A stretch of DNA of 64,000 nt from a virus. Below are positions 49,850 to 60,386 of this stretch, one piece after another. The notes below the pieces were generated by a model. That model saw nothing but the letters and a program-made list of their open reading frames with translations. It was not told the DNA's origin and searched no databases. Location of the stretch: the IMG/VR virus record IMGVR_UViG_3300031950_000001, positions 64,001 through 128,000 of that record; one strand, given 5' to 3'. The stretch's first letter is position 1; every line of letters begins with the position of its first letter. The position numbers were made by a program, and so were the translations under genes.

Positions 49850-52842
49850 TGGGTCTTAGCTACGAGGCAATAAGATGGTTGCTCGACCTTTTAATGACGA
49901 AAACGGCGCAGCAGATACAACCGCTTGTGTTGCCGCCGAACCTCCATGGCAACGATTCTATGCAGTTGCCTCGCCCCGATGATTCTATACGACAGGGAAC
50001 TAATGGTCCTTTTACGGGGCCGCAGTTGACTCTCCGCGCCGCTGATCCTAGGCAGTCTAGCATTAATAATTTGTTTAATCCTCAGTGGCCATATTCCCCC
50101 GGCAAGACGTCTACGCCGGAGGGATCTTGGAATCGTTTTGGTCGTGCGGAGTCCGCCGGTGCCACTCTTTTTGGTCCTCGGTACGAATTTGAGTCTTTGC
50201 TAAGGCTCCCTCCGGCTGGTCCTTTGCGTGTTCAACCACTTGCTAGCGAGCCATTCGCTAGTAATCGGCCGCCGCATGAGCTCCTGAATATAAGTGGTCA
50301 CGGAGGTGACTGGACTATACCTGCGCGGGAGCCGCAAAACAGTTTAGTACTATATCTTAATCGGCGTTACGACGATGCGGTAATGGATGAATCGCTAAGT
50401 CATGTCGACCTCTTTCGTTTTAAGGATTTTCCTAGGGCTATGGAGGAGTATCTCAAGCTATTGACCGGGCAAGATAATATGTTTTATCGTATGAATCTTA
50501 GAACCGCAGAGCGCGGCTCTCTTGACGCGTCTAACATTCTCGTTGCATTGTTTAGCCGCCGCCCTCTTGACCCGTCTAACAGTCCCATCGCATTGTTTGA
50601 CGGACTGAACCGAACTATCGATCAGTACAGATACGTACAAGGTCATCCGCGTCACGGTTCCGCGTCTCGATTTATTTCGCGGGTCAACGAGAAACTGAAG
50701 GCTATTCCAACTCCGCTAGATGCTGGGTCGTATGCTTTTTTCGGTGAGGTACCCGAATATACCTTGGGTGCAATGGCCGCATACGGGACGCCCGGGAGAG
50801 ATCGTCCAGAACATTACACGTCTGCTATTGTACCGTTGATATGGCAACCGATTACATGGCCTCCGCTACATGAGTCGTTCCACATCGGTACCATGTCAGC
50901 GTACGCTGGCGCAGGGCTTCTAGCTCTGCAACTGCTTTCATGGATTCCGCATCCTTCTGCGGGAGCCGTTCGTGGAGTTGCGGCGAATGCTCGTCATGCG
51001 CTGCGGCTACTTCAGCATGGCGCACACCGACTTGGACGCGTTAGTGGCTATGTCGCATCGAATATCGTGTGGCCGATTATCTTGCCGGACATTTTTAAGG
51101 ACACTACCACGGGGGTCATAAGCGCTTGGAAGACCCTTGTCGACGATCCCGATTATCGCGTACTGACATTAAATAATACGCTCACCCATTTCGCTTGTCG
51201 TACTCCGATTATAGGCCCCGACGGTCGCATGTCGACATTTTGGGATGCTAGCTATGATATCCCGCACATGATGCGCAATCCGCTTATGCGCTCGTTCTTT
51301 AGTACGAAAGTCGCCGCGGGGGCGCTTGGGGTGTGGCCTGATGATCCTCAATATAATGATGTTCTGTCCGAAGCGAGTGACCGCATACCCGAACGTGTTC
51401 ATAAGGTACGACACGAGATGAGTCCAACGTACCGTATATCCGCCGAAAGCATGACCGTTCTAACATTAACGACACCGTTACTATTTCCGAATACCGATTT
51501 TGCACCGGTGACACACATCTATGCTGATCGTGTCGAAGAAAGAGAGGTCCTTCATGGGATCATAGAGAAGTATAAAGATCAATATGCAAAAATGCAGCCG
51601 AACGACCCAGCATACGATGCAAGGGTAAAACGAGGGGCTTCTCTATTGGCGTCTAATTGGGAGAAGTTGCAAGAGCCGGATCTAAGGGTCGCAAACCAGT
51701 TTGTTGGCGACATGCAGGTAGCCGCAAGCGGCCGTGGTCTTAAATATCACGTCTTGCCGAAATTGATGATGGCTAGGTATCCGGGATCGGAGATTTTAGC
51801 AGATATCTTCCGTCCCGGCCAGACGTCCACACCGATAGAAAACGAAATCCGCAGCTTGACGCTTTCGGAAGCTGAACTTGCCAAGTATACATTTCGACTT
51901 TTGTCGTATATGAACGTTGCATCGGATGAACGTGGTAGGATATGGTTTAGCTTCGATGCCGAAGCGTTAAAGACGGACGCGGATCGAGCCACGTTTTTTA
52001 ACGATGCTGCCAAATTTAGTGTCTTACTTGAATGGTATCTAAACCGTGGTATAAATCAACTGCAGGCAGAACAGCTTCAGAATCCTCATCTCGAAATGGT
52101 CCGTAAAGCTGACGACATCGCTCAGCGCTTAATTAGGGACCTAGGCGGTAGCCTATCGGAAGCGACTGAGCAAGGTGCAAGTACGCTGCAGGCCCTGCGC
52201 AATCCAACTATTAGGCATTTAGTTTACAGCCGAATCTTTAACGCAGAATGGGTTGCAACGCAACTTGCTCTTTCGCCTTCGGAAAACGATCGAAAACAAA
52301 TTTTTAACAACGTGTATAGATATAGCCCATTTATTGCTGTACAAGCGCGCCAGTTGCAACTCGATAAGGAATGGCAGAGACAACAATACCGTGCTACTGG
52401 CAACGCTCAAATACTCGACGAATCGTTGCGGGACCAGGTTGACCAGTTGGAGGAGCCCTTCTATTTTGCATATGCGGCAGCGACCAAAGATGCGCAAGTT
52501 ACGGCTGCATTTACGCCTATGGATATGTCACTTGGCGCACTTGCCAAACAAATGGCATATCGGTGGGTGCCACAACCAAAATGGATGGTTGCCTGTTTCC
52601 AGGCTAGAGACGCGATTGCCGCTGCTCCTCTATTCCATCGCTACACGTTATTGTTGTATCCAGTTGCAGCATTCGCCCGAGGCTACGTTGATAGAACTGG
52701 GAAAGCATATAAAGAACACGCTATCGCGGCGGCCGACGAGGAACTGGCTCGTGGGTCGGACTTTGCCCAACTACTAAACGCGGGGCCTGCACGGACCGGC
52801 GAAGTTGTTTTATTGCTGAGGGAGTTGTTACCTAAGAAGTGA
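49849..52842 (+). CDS. large hypothetical protein (possible internal virion protein)
   Basis: 997 aa; N-terminal KTA; no recognised motif. Confidence 0.7.
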   Translation: MGLSYEAIRWLLDLLMTKTAQQIQPLVLPPNLHGNDSMQLPRPDDSIRQGTNGPFTGPQLTLRAADPRQSSINNLFNPQWPYSPGKTSTPEGSWNRFGRAESAGATLFGPRYEFESLLRLPPAGPLRVQPLASEPFASNRPPHELLNISGHGGDWTIPAREPQNSLVLYLNRRYDDAVMDESLSHVDLFRFKDFPRAMEEYLKLLTGQDNMFYRMNLRTAERGSLDASNILVALFSRRPLDPSNSPIALFDGLNRTIDQYRYVQGHPRHGSASRFISRVNEKLKAIPTPLDAGSYAFFGEVPEYTLGAMAAYGTPGRDRPEHYTSAIVPLIWQPITWPPLHESFHIGTMSAYAGAGLLALQLLSWIPHPSAGAVRGVAANARHALRLLQHGAHRLGRVSGYVASNIVWPIILPDIFKDTTTGVISAWKTLVDDPDYRVLTLNNTLTHFACRTPIIGPDGRMSTFWDASYDIPHMMRNPLMRSFFSTKVAAGALGVWPDDPQYNDVLSEASDRIPERVHKVRHEMSPTYRISAESMTVLTLTTPLLFPNTDFAPVTHIYADRVEEREVLHGIIEKYKDQYAKMQPNDPAYDARVKRGASLLASNWEKLQEPDLRVANQFVGDMQVAASGRGLKYHVLPKLMMARYPGSEILADIFRPGQTSTPIENEIRSLTLSEAELAKYTFRLLSYMNVASDERGRIWFSFDAEALKTDADRATFFNDAAKFSVLLEWYLNRGINQLQAEQLQNPHLEMVRKADDIAQRLIRDLGGSLSEATEQGASTLQALRNPTIRHLVYSRIFNAEWVATQLALSPSENDRKQIFNNVYRYSPFIAVQARQLQLDKEWQRQQYRATGNAQILDESLRDQVDQLEEPFYFAYAAATKDAQVTAAFTPMDMSLGALAKQMAYRWVPQPKWMVACFQARDAIAAAPLFHRYTLLLYPVAAFARGYVDRTGKAYKEHAIAAADEELARGSDFAQLLNAGPARTGEVVLLLRELLPKK

Positions 52843-52848
52843 TTCAAT

Positions 52849-53334
52849 ATGACCTTTATCGACGTATTAAACACTAAGATCGCAGACTTTGCTGCCGACC
52901 CGGATAAGGTTTTGTCCGAATCGGCAGATGACTTATTACGTCGTCTTGACGTCGGTTCGCCGTCCACAGACGACGTCGCGACGTCTCTTATATATTTTGT
53001 TGCCACGTATGGGCTTAATCAGCTACGTCATATTCCTTTGGAAAGAATGTTAGAATTAATTTATAGGGGCGAACTCCCAGAAACGCCTACGGAAATTGCA
53101 GTTATTGTTTCGTCTGCCCTAAAGCTTGATAAGTTCGACTACAGTACGTTAGGCGGAAGTCGTGTATTGGATTTTTGGACTGAGCTTACAGTCCAAGATC
53201 GTCTGTGTACGATTGCGGGCGTGCCGGATATTGTATTTGACGCGTTAAAGAAGTGTGTCGAGTCGGAAGATCGTGCAGAGGCAATCATTTTGGCTTTGGT
53301 TAGTCACATGAAATCACTCCTAAAGGTCGATTAG
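52849..53334 (+). CDS. hypothetical protein
   Basis: ORF track. Confidence 0.65.
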   Translation: MTFIDVLNTKIADFAADPDKVLSESADDLLRRLDVGSPSTDDVATSLIYFVATYGLNQLRHIPLERMLELIYRGELPETPTEIAVIVSSALKLDKFDYSTLGGSRVLDFWTELTVQDRLCTIAGVPDIVFDALKKCVESEDRAEAIILALVSHMKSLLKVD

Positions 53335-53349
53335 TCGGAGAGGTACATC

Positions 53350-53598
53350 ATGTTTAAGAAAGGAAAAATAAAGAAGATTTTCCACGACAAAGGGTATGGT
53401 TTCATCGTACCCAATGGTGGGGGTGCAGATGTCTTTTTCCATGTCAAATCCTACGTCGGCGATATTCCTTTTACCGAACTTCAGCCCGGTTATGAAATCG
53501 AATATGAAGATTACATCGTCAATTCGCGAATCCGAACCAAATTAGTCAAGTTTACAAAGGACATCAGTGATGACACCGTTAACACTTCAGGATCGTGA
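53350..53598 (+). CDS. cold-shock domain protein
   Basis: KGYGFI (RNP1) and DVFFH (RNP2). Confidence 0.88.
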   Translation: MFKKGKIKKIFHDKGYGFIVPNGGGADVFFHVKSYVGDIPFTELQPGYEIEYEDYIVNSRIRTKLVKFTKDISDDTVNTSGS

Positions 53599-53893
53599 AT
53601 GGGTAACTGCCGTTATTGAATCCACCGTTGCCAAGGCAATGATTGAGTTTAAGGATGAAAATGCAAAGCTCAGGGAAGAACTTATTGCTACAACAAGGGA
53701 TCTATCAAAGTCCTTGGAGGAATACGTCCATCGACAGCTCAAGGAGTGTCAGACAACTTGTCGAGAACGACAGTATGGTTTTCTCCAACATCTCATTGCC
53801 GGAGCCGTAGGTGGATTGGTCGTAGGTGCTGCTACGAACGGACATAATATTTTTAGTATCATACAGGGAATCATTCGATATATTTTCTCGTGA
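53567..53893 (+). CDS. coiled-coil protein with C-terminal TM segment
   Basis: Hydrophobic LIAGAVGGLVVGA tail. Confidence 0.55.
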   Translation: MMTPLTLQDREWVTAVIESTVAKAMIEFKDENAKLREELIATTRDLSKSLEEYVHRQLKECQTTCRERQYGFLQHLIAGAVGGLVVGAATNGHNIFSIIQGIIRYIFS

Positions 53894-53956
53894 TTTTCAT
53901 TCCCTCCTTGAGCGTGCGGGTTTGCTCGACTGCTTCCTGGCATTGGACGTCGAAAA

Positions 53957-55732
53957 ATGCCCGAAAAGCCGAAACCGCAACAACCGGTCGTGCAACAACA
54001 GCAGCAGGTCGAAGAAGGCCCTGGGATGCTGGAGCAGGCGCTCAGCATCCTTAAAATGTTCCTGTTTATGTATGCCGCGAGCGCCGGCCTTGTCCCTAGA
54101 AGCGAGGCGGCAAAACGTAGTTTACAGGCCTTTAGACAACAGATAAAAGCACGAGGCGACATAGTTCCACTGGAGCAGAAAGAAGTCGACAAAATCGTCA
54201 ATACCGTGGCGCGCTGGTTCGGATTTCCTTCCATAGAGCAGGTTCCCGAAAAAAATCGACAACTAATTTACGAAGTTGCTAGATACGTCAACTGGTTCGC
54301 GCCAGAGATAACGGACTATGTGCTCGCGCCGACCGGCAGTTTTTCGCAGCTATATTCCTATCTTGGTGCAGGGTTCCAAAAATTTGATCCTACTCTTAGT
54401 CGCGTAGGACCCAACGGGAAGCCCCTGTTTCAAGAAGTTGGCGAATGGATCATCGATAAATTCTACGCGAACGCCAATTTACGTGATAATAGGTTTATTG
54501 CTCTAACGGGCGGGATGCCGGCCGGCGCGTTCGGCGAGATGGTCTATCATTTAATCACGTTGGGATTGGTTCCCTTTAACGAATCCTATAACGAGATTAT
54601 TTCTGCCATTAATCGACACGCCCCGGCAGTTGTAAGAACAGGGCTTCTGCTGCAGAGCCTTGGCAAATCAAATATCGATATTAGCGACGCCGTAACGGCT
54701 TATAATTCTTTTCTTGCTATGCTCGCTCCCGAAAAGATTGGCGGGACCCCGGCCGAGCAAATTGAACGACTACGGCATACAATCGCTCGGCTTAAAGCTA
54801 CTTTTGCTCCTAAAGGACCGGGTGAACTTTCTACGGAAGAAGCGCTGAAGAAAGATGCCGAGCGTATTGTAAAAGCCATCAACTCTATGGGAGGACGATG
54901 GTACGGCACCTTAGTATACGCCCTTCAGAACGGATTTGTAAGTCCAGCGTCGATAGCCGGGCGAATGGCTTCGCAGATTTTAAGCGGCCGGCCCGTTCCC
55001 GTTTTCAATTCGAATCAGGTATATAGCGCCCTTGTTCGAAGTGGCGTTCGCCCGGCGGATGCCGTCGTCATGCTCCAGAGTCCCAATATCTATAAGCCCT
55101 ATTTTAATGATCCTCGACTGCAGCACGCCCTGCGAGGCGCTCAGTGGATGGAGTTTAATCGAAATATGAGTTGGCTCGAGGCCGCGCTCCGTCGTGGAGG
55201 GGTTTCCCCAGGACTTGCCCATGAGGCAGCGATGGCAAATTTTGCGGCTCTTGTTGGCTATACTTTGCCCGAAGCACGACAAATATTAGGACGGTATGAT
55301 CCGACGTTGTTCGATAAGATACAGCAACTTACCGAAGAGAATCTCCGACGTCCTGAATCCTTGATACTAGGACGAAACGACTTAGCAGTAAGAGCGGTTA
55401 GTACTATTAAAGACATAGCGCAGAACCCCCCAAAAGATTGGTTCCAAGCACTCTTGCGCGTTATAGGCGGACTCTACGATTACGCTCCGGTAGAACTAGA
55501 AATGCCGCCTGCGGAAATACCGCCGCCCGGAGCTCCGGCGGCTTCGGGACTTGGTCATCTAACCGGAGGACCAGCAGGCCAGTTGTTTGGTCAATTCGGC
55601 CGTCAGGGATATGGAACAACCGGTGGACTAGGTGTACCTATCGTTAATGCAGTGGCGGGAACATTTACCGAATGGCCGCCTAAACCGCCAAGCGGGGCGG
55701 GGCCTCGGCCGTTAGGACAGCCTATAGCGTAA
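53957..55732 (+). CDS. helical hypothetical protein (possible virion/ejected protein)
   Basis: 591 aa ORF. Confidence 0.65.
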   Translation: MPEKPKPQQPVVQQQQQVEEGPGMLEQALSILKMFLFMYAASAGLVPRSEAAKRSLQAFRQQIKARGDIVPLEQKEVDKIVNTVARWFGFPSIEQVPEKNRQLIYEVARYVNWFAPEITDYVLAPTGSFSQLYSYLGAGFQKFDPTLSRVGPNGKPLFQEVGEWIIDKFYANANLRDNRFIALTGGMPAGAFGEMVYHLITLGLVPFNESYNEIISAINRHAPAVVRTGLLLQSLGKSNIDISDAVTAYNSFLAMLAPEKIGGTPAEQIERLRHTIARLKATFAPKGPGELSTEEALKKDAERIVKAINSMGGRWYGTLVYALQNGFVSPASIAGRMASQILSGRPVPVFNSNQVYSALVRSGVRPADAVVMLQSPNIYKPYFNDPRLQHALRGAQWMEFNRNMSWLEAALRRGGVSPGLAHEAAMANFAALVGYTLPEARQILGRYDPTLFDKIQQLTEENLRRPESLILGRNDLAVRAVSTIKDIAQNPPKDWFQALLRVIGGLYDYAPVELEMPPAEIPPPGAPAASGLGHLTGGPAGQLFGQFGRQGYGTTGGLGVPIVNAVAGTFTEWPPKPPSGAGPRPLGQPIA

Positions 55733-55777
55733 GAAACAGCGACAAGGACAAAAAAATTTGATTCCGGAATCAAAATT

Positions 55778-58069
55778 ATGGCCTTCGCACCAGGCATTCA
55801 AGACAGATACCGGTTTGGCGACTATACGGCGCTAAAGCCTGGCCAGTTTGCGACTCTTGTCATTCAAGAGCATCATGCCAAGCGGGCCGGAAAGCACTAC
55901 GATATTCGTCTCGGAACACCGGAGCTGGGTCTTTTTTCCTGGTCATCCCGAAAGTTTCTGCCCGATATCAGTGATAAAATACTCGCCGTCCAGCAACCTC
56001 TTCATGATTATGATTACAAAGACTATGTCGGGCCAATCGACGCAGGATATGGCGCTGGAGATGTAAGAAAAGTCCTCGAGACATCCGTTCTTGTTACGAA
56101 TGTTACCCCGGACTCGATTAGCTTTACGACTGCGGAGGAACGCCTCCCTTCTAGGTTTACGCTTGTAAGGGATAAACGAGACCCCCGTCGGTGGTATCTT
56201 ATTAATAATACGCCGTCTGAGTATCCCGATTACACAAAACCTCGGATGAAATACGTAGATACCGAGGAAGTCGATAAATTTATCGACAAAATGAAAAACG
56301 GGGATACGCTGCAGGAAAAGATCGACGGCGCGCACGGGATCGTTCGGCTGCTGAAGGATACGGTTGAGGTCTATAGCGTCAGGAAATCCGTTACCGGCCG
56401 TCCAATCGTACATACCGAGCGCATTTTCGGTGGAAGACCTAAGATACAGCTGCCACCGGAAATCAGGGATTCGATTCTGGGTGGCGAAATCCGGGCGGAA
56501 CGCGAAGGCAAAGCCACGGCGCCCCAGGAATTAGGTTCATTTCTAAACTCTGCCATCGCCAAAAGCCTTATCAAACAGCTACAGACCGATACAAAACTCA
56601 AAGTATCGTTATTCGATATAGTCCGATTGGGGGGGAAGCCAGTAACCGATAAGGACTATCAGGAGCGACTCAAGCTTTTACAAGAAAAAGTATTGCCGCA
56701 TCTTCCTCGAGACACCTTCGATATTGTTCAAACCGCGACCACGCCTGATGCGGCTCGAAAGCTCTGGAATAGCATTCTCAAAGGCGAGAACCCAAGAACT
56801 GAAGAGGGGGTTATTCTCCGTCCTGCCGGAAAAGAACCGCTTAAAGCTAAATTGGTTACGGAATTTAACGTTTATATCCGAGGTATCTTTCCTGGCGAAG
56901 GGAAGTATCGGAACAAAGCTGCCGGCGGTTTTTACTATTCCTTCGAGCCAGATGGGCCTATCGTTGGTTACGTCGGAACAGGGTTTAGTGATGAATTTCG
57001 CGAAGAACTTTTCCGGAATCCGGAGAACTATATTGGACGGGTTGCAAGAATAAAAGCGCAAGGTCAGTTCCCCTCAGGAGCACTTCGTGCGCCTGTCTTT
57101 ATTGCCATTGACGAAGATAAACCGCAAGTTGCCGTGCCGCCAGCTACTCCGCCGAGAGGCGTAAAGGTGGCATATTTAAACATTATTGACGATCCGGAGC
57201 ACCGCGGCAAATGGCTGAATGTCTTCGATGAGATTAAGGAATTGGTTGATAAATATAAAGACAAGGCTGTTGAGGCCTGGAAGAACGGTCAATTATATAT
57301 CGAAACGGATAAAGGAATCATCAAAATAGCCGGTACAAGCTGGTCGCCGGTAGGATGGGTTTATGATGCGATGGAATTGATGACGCAACCTATTGGTGGA
57401 CCGACTCCGCTTTCGATGAGTCTTGCCGGCGGCGTGCTCTCCGGTACCATTTCGGCGCTTACGGCTTTGGGCATAGGCACGCTTCTGAATCTCTTTGAAG
57501 GCAAAAAGAAAATTGTCAATACGAAAAAATTAGTTACGCGCGCTGCAATTTTAGGCGCAATTTTAGGGGCCCTTCCTGGACTATCGGTCGGGATTTCGCG
57601 ACGCATGAGCGGCGGTGATTGGAAAGGTTTTTTTGAGCCGTGGCCAGAAAAGGCGGTGGAGTCAAAAGCAGCAGCCGATGGGATGGAACGTGTCGCTCAA
57701 GAGCTTACGATTCAGTATCCTCCTCTTACGCCTATTGACCAAAGAACCAAGGAGCCCGTCGATATCGCGCCCATTTATATCGTCAATGAGCCCCATTGGC
57801 GGGATGTTGTTCTGCGAGACCCTTATCTTACCGAAATTGAAAAAGCCGTTGTCGCCGCACCTGTCTATGCGACTGCTTTAGCGGCCGGTAGAAACTCCGT
57901 AACCCCAGGAGAAATAGCATATACTGCCCTAAAAGCCGGTCTTGGTGCTATAATAGGCCATAAGATAGGCACTCTTGCCGGGGCAATTCTAGCTCTCAGC
58001 CCGGAATTTCGCGAAAAGCTTCAGCAAAGCGGGATGCTTGCTGGAATTCTAAAGACAGTTATAACTTGA
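55778..58069 (+). CDS. LigD 3'-phosphoesterase + ATP-dependent DNA ligase with C-terminal extension
   Basis: IQEHHA.RAG.HYDIRL (PE domain); EKIDG, EGVIL, KAK, VGTGFSD, LRAPVF (ligase + OB). Confidence 0.88.
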   Translation: MAFAPGIQDRYRFGDYTALKPGQFATLVIQEHHAKRAGKHYDIRLGTPELGLFSWSSRKFLPDISDKILAVQQPLHDYDYKDYVGPIDAGYGAGDVRKVLETSVLVTNVTPDSISFTTAEERLPSRFTLVRDKRDPRRWYLINNTPSEYPDYTKPRMKYVDTEEVDKFIDKMKNGDTLQEKIDGAHGIVRLLKDTVEVYSVRKSVTGRPIVHTERIFGGRPKIQLPPEIRDSILGGEIRAEREGKATAPQELGSFLNSAIAKSLIKQLQTDTKLKVSLFDIVRLGGKPVTDKDYQERLKLLQEKVLPHLPRDTFDIVQTATTPDAARKLWNSILKGENPRTEEGVILRPAGKEPLKAKLVTEFNVYIRGIFPGEGKYRNKAAGGFYYSFEPDGPIVGYVGTGFSDEFREELFRNPENYIGRVARIKAQGQFPSGALRAPVFIAIDEDKPQVAVPPATPPRGVKVAYLNIIDDPEHRGKWLNVFDEIKELVDKYKDKAVEAWKNGQLYIETDKGIIKIAGTSWSPVGWVYDAMELMTQPIGGPTPLSMSLAGGVLSGTISALTALGIGTLLNLFEGKKKIVNTKKLVTRAAILGAILGALPGLSVGISRRMSGGDWKGFFEPWPEKAVESKAAADGMERVAQELTIQYPPLTPIDQRTKEPVDIAPIYIVNEPHWRDVVLRDPYLTEIEKAVVAAPVYATALAAGRNSVTPGEIAYTALKAGLGAIIGHKIGTLAGAILALSPEFREKLQQSGMLAGILKTVIT

Positions 58070-58135
58070 GCATCGTACCAGGACCGGATTATAATTGAAA
58101 AGAAGTAACGACACCCCTCTTTTGGAGAAGTAGTC

Positions 58136-59155
58136 ATGCGATATCTTGTCGGTTTTTCGGTCCTTTTACTCTCTATTGTTGGCTGCGGAAAGGACAACCC
58201 ACCTATGCCTCCACGACCGCCCGACGAACTCGATATTTCCTTCAACGGCCCAACGAACATTTCTTATGGGGAACTTGCGACGATTTCGATTTCAGGCTTG
58301 CCGTTGGAAGTCGTTAACAGTGCCAAGGTTTATGTCTGGCCTCGAGATGAAGTCAAACTCGTACCGGCCATTTCATGGGATTCGAAACCGTTTGTCTTCT
58401 TTTCCTCGACCAAACCTGCCAAATATCTCCTTTGGATCACCGTCAATACGGGAAAGCTAGTAGGCTATGCCGAATGGCCTATTGAAGTAGGTGTACCGCC
58501 CGGCCCCGAACCTAAGCCTGAACCCAAGCCAGAACCGAAACCAGAGCCCGAGCCCAAGCCCGAACCGAAACCTGCGCCTAAACCCGAACCCAAGCCCGAA
58601 CCGAAACCTGAGCCTAAACCCGAACCCAAGCCCGAACCGAAACCTGAGCCTAAACCCGAACCCAAGCCCGAACCTGTTGCGGAAAAAGTCTGGGGCGTTC
58701 TGATCGTCGAAGAAAGCAGCAAGCGTACCCCTCAGATCGCATCCGTCATTTTCTCGCAAGATGTCGATAGATACGTCAAGTCCAAAGGCTGGGGATTCTA
58801 TAAATTAGATAAGGACATCGTTACTCCTGACAATGCGCCGCCTAAGGAATATGTTGATTGGATTAAGCTGGCCGTCCAGAAAGGAATTCCTTATGTCTTC
58901 GTGATTTCCGAAAAAGGAAAGCGACTGCGAGAATTTCCGCTTCCTGCAACTGCAGACGGGCTATTGCGAGAATTGACCAATTGCGGGAAGGATAACTATG
59001 ACGAAGTGAAACGATGGTTGCAAGAGACGTCGCCGCCTCCAAAGAAACAGGAAAGCGGCGTCAAGTGGACCATTCCTCAAAGCCCGTCAGGCGTTTCATG
59101 GCCTACTACATGTCCGTCTGGAACCTGTCCTAGCAGATATTTTATTAATTTCTAA
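58136..59155 (+). CDS. lipoprotein with PEPK repeat linker
   Basis: Lipobox IVGC; (PEPK)n; C-terminal CPSGTCP. Confidence 0.8.
   Translation: MRYLVGFSVLLLSIVGCGKDNPPMPPRPPDELDISFNGPTNISYGELATISISGLPLEVVNSAKVYVWPRDEVKLVPAISWDSKPFVFFSSTKPAKYLLWITVNTGKLVGYAEWPIEVGVPPGPEPKPEPKPEPKPEPEPKPEPKPAPKPEPKPEPKPEPKPEPKPEPKPEPKPEPKPEPVAEKVWGVLIVEESSKRTPQIASVIFSQDVDRYVKSKGWGFYKLDKDIVTPDNAPPKEYVDWIKLAVQKGIPYVFVISEKGKRLREFPLPATADGLLRELTNCGKDNYDEVKRWLQETSPPPKKQESGVKWTIPQSPSGVSWPTTCPSGTCPSRYFINF
58505..58675 (+). repeat. 12-bp coding tandem repeat (PEPK)
   Basis: Reiterated CCCGAACCCAAG-type units. Confidence 0.9.
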
Positions 59156-59176
59156 TTCCGCAAAGGGATTCCAATC

Positions 59177-59992
59177 ATGGCCGATAGCTACAAAGGTTTT
59201 CATTTTGGGTTGCTACCCCGTACGGTAGCGTACGGTGACGTCAGTCCGATCTACTCCGAAGTCATGCCTGTGATTCCGAGGGATCAATGGCAAGACTTCA
59301 CGTTATCGCACTATATTCCAAGAATTCTCGACCAAGACGGACAAGGAAGCTGTGTTGCCGCCTCTGGCGTAGCTTCGGTAATGCTTTGTAGGCTACAGAC
59401 TGGACTGAAAGACGTTGAGCTTTCCATTGGTAGTCTTTACGGGCAGATCAACGGCGGGGTTGATGGTGGTTCCACGTTAGACCGATCAATCACAGCACTT
59501 ACAAAAGTAGGTTGCTGCCCGGTCAGATTAATTCCCCATTATGAATGGCGGCCTAGTCGATGGCCCAGGAACTGGAAAGAAGAGGCAAAGAAATACCGAA
59601 TTACCGAAAGCTACGATTGCACCAACTTTGATGAGATTTGCTCGGCTATTCTATCTGGATTTGCTGTGTCGTATGGTATTCCTGTAACCAAAGGTTTTGT
59701 CGAAAACGTATCAAAGGATGGCTTCGTTCCAGAAAGTGTAACCAATGTTGTTGGCCTTCATGCGCTATTAGGGGTTGGGTTGAAAAAACACAACGGTAAA
59801 TGGTGGGTTGAAACACAGAATTCATGGGGTGAAAAATGGGGCAATAACGGTATGTGCTATGTTCCTGAGTCCTATTTCAAAACCCGGTATGGTGTAGATG
59901 CGTGGGCGATCCGCGTTACGACGTTTAGCGCGAAGGATAGTGAAAATGGAAATAAAGAAGTTCGAGTACGTAAACGCCGAAAAGCTTCATAA
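59177..59992 (+). CDS. papain-like C1 cysteine peptidase
   Basis: DQDGQGSCVA (Cys), LHAL (His), QNSWGEKWG (Asn). Confidence 0.9.
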   Translation: MADSYKGFHFGLLPRTVAYGDVSPIYSEVMPVIPRDQWQDFTLSHYIPRILDQDGQGSCVAASGVASVMLCRLQTGLKDVELSIGSLYGQINGGVDGGSTLDRSITALTKVGCCPVRLIPHYEWRPSRWPRNWKEEAKKYRITESYDCTNFDEICSAILSGFAVSYGIPVTKGFVENVSKDGFVPESVTNVVGLHALLGVGLKKHNGKWWVETQNSWGEKWGNNGMCYVPESYFKTRYGVDAWAIRVTTFSAKDSENGNKEVRVRKRRKAS

Positions 59993-60386
59993 GGTCTTAA
60001 GTACTTCAACGCCCTTCATGGAAGGTTTCTTCGCCTATCGTGAGAAAATCGGAGAGGAAGATAACCCTTATAAGTTTGGTACAGAAAACTACTGGGCCTG
60101 GCGGCATGGGTGGTATCAAGCCAAGAAAGAAGACGAAGGGCCCTTTTGGCGCAACAAGTATGTGATTAACGGCATTATTCTTCTGGCTATTGCTGCTGTC
60201 ACGGTACTTGCCGATTTCTTCCCTGCGTCTCCTATGATTACGTCGTTTGTTGTGGCGTGTTACGGTATTGCGTCCATACTTCTTCGGAACGCTTTTGTCG
60301 TCAATATCCGTGCTCCAGTAAAGTCGACATATGAGTCGCCACACGAGAACTCGACCGAAAGCGCCAAAACGAACAGCCAAGCATAA
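59946..60386 (+). CDS. Rmf/CrpP-like domain + two TM helices (holin-like)
   Basis: EGFFAY....EDNPY.....WAWRHGW, then PFWRNK and two TM segments. Confidence 0.5.
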   Translation: MEIKKFEYVNAEKLHKVLSTSTPFMEGFFAYREKIGEEDNPYKFGTENYWAWRHGWYQAKKEDEGPFWRNKYVINGIILLAIAAVTVLADFFPASPMITSFVVACYGIASILLRNAFVVNIRAPVKSTYESPHENSTESAKTNSQA

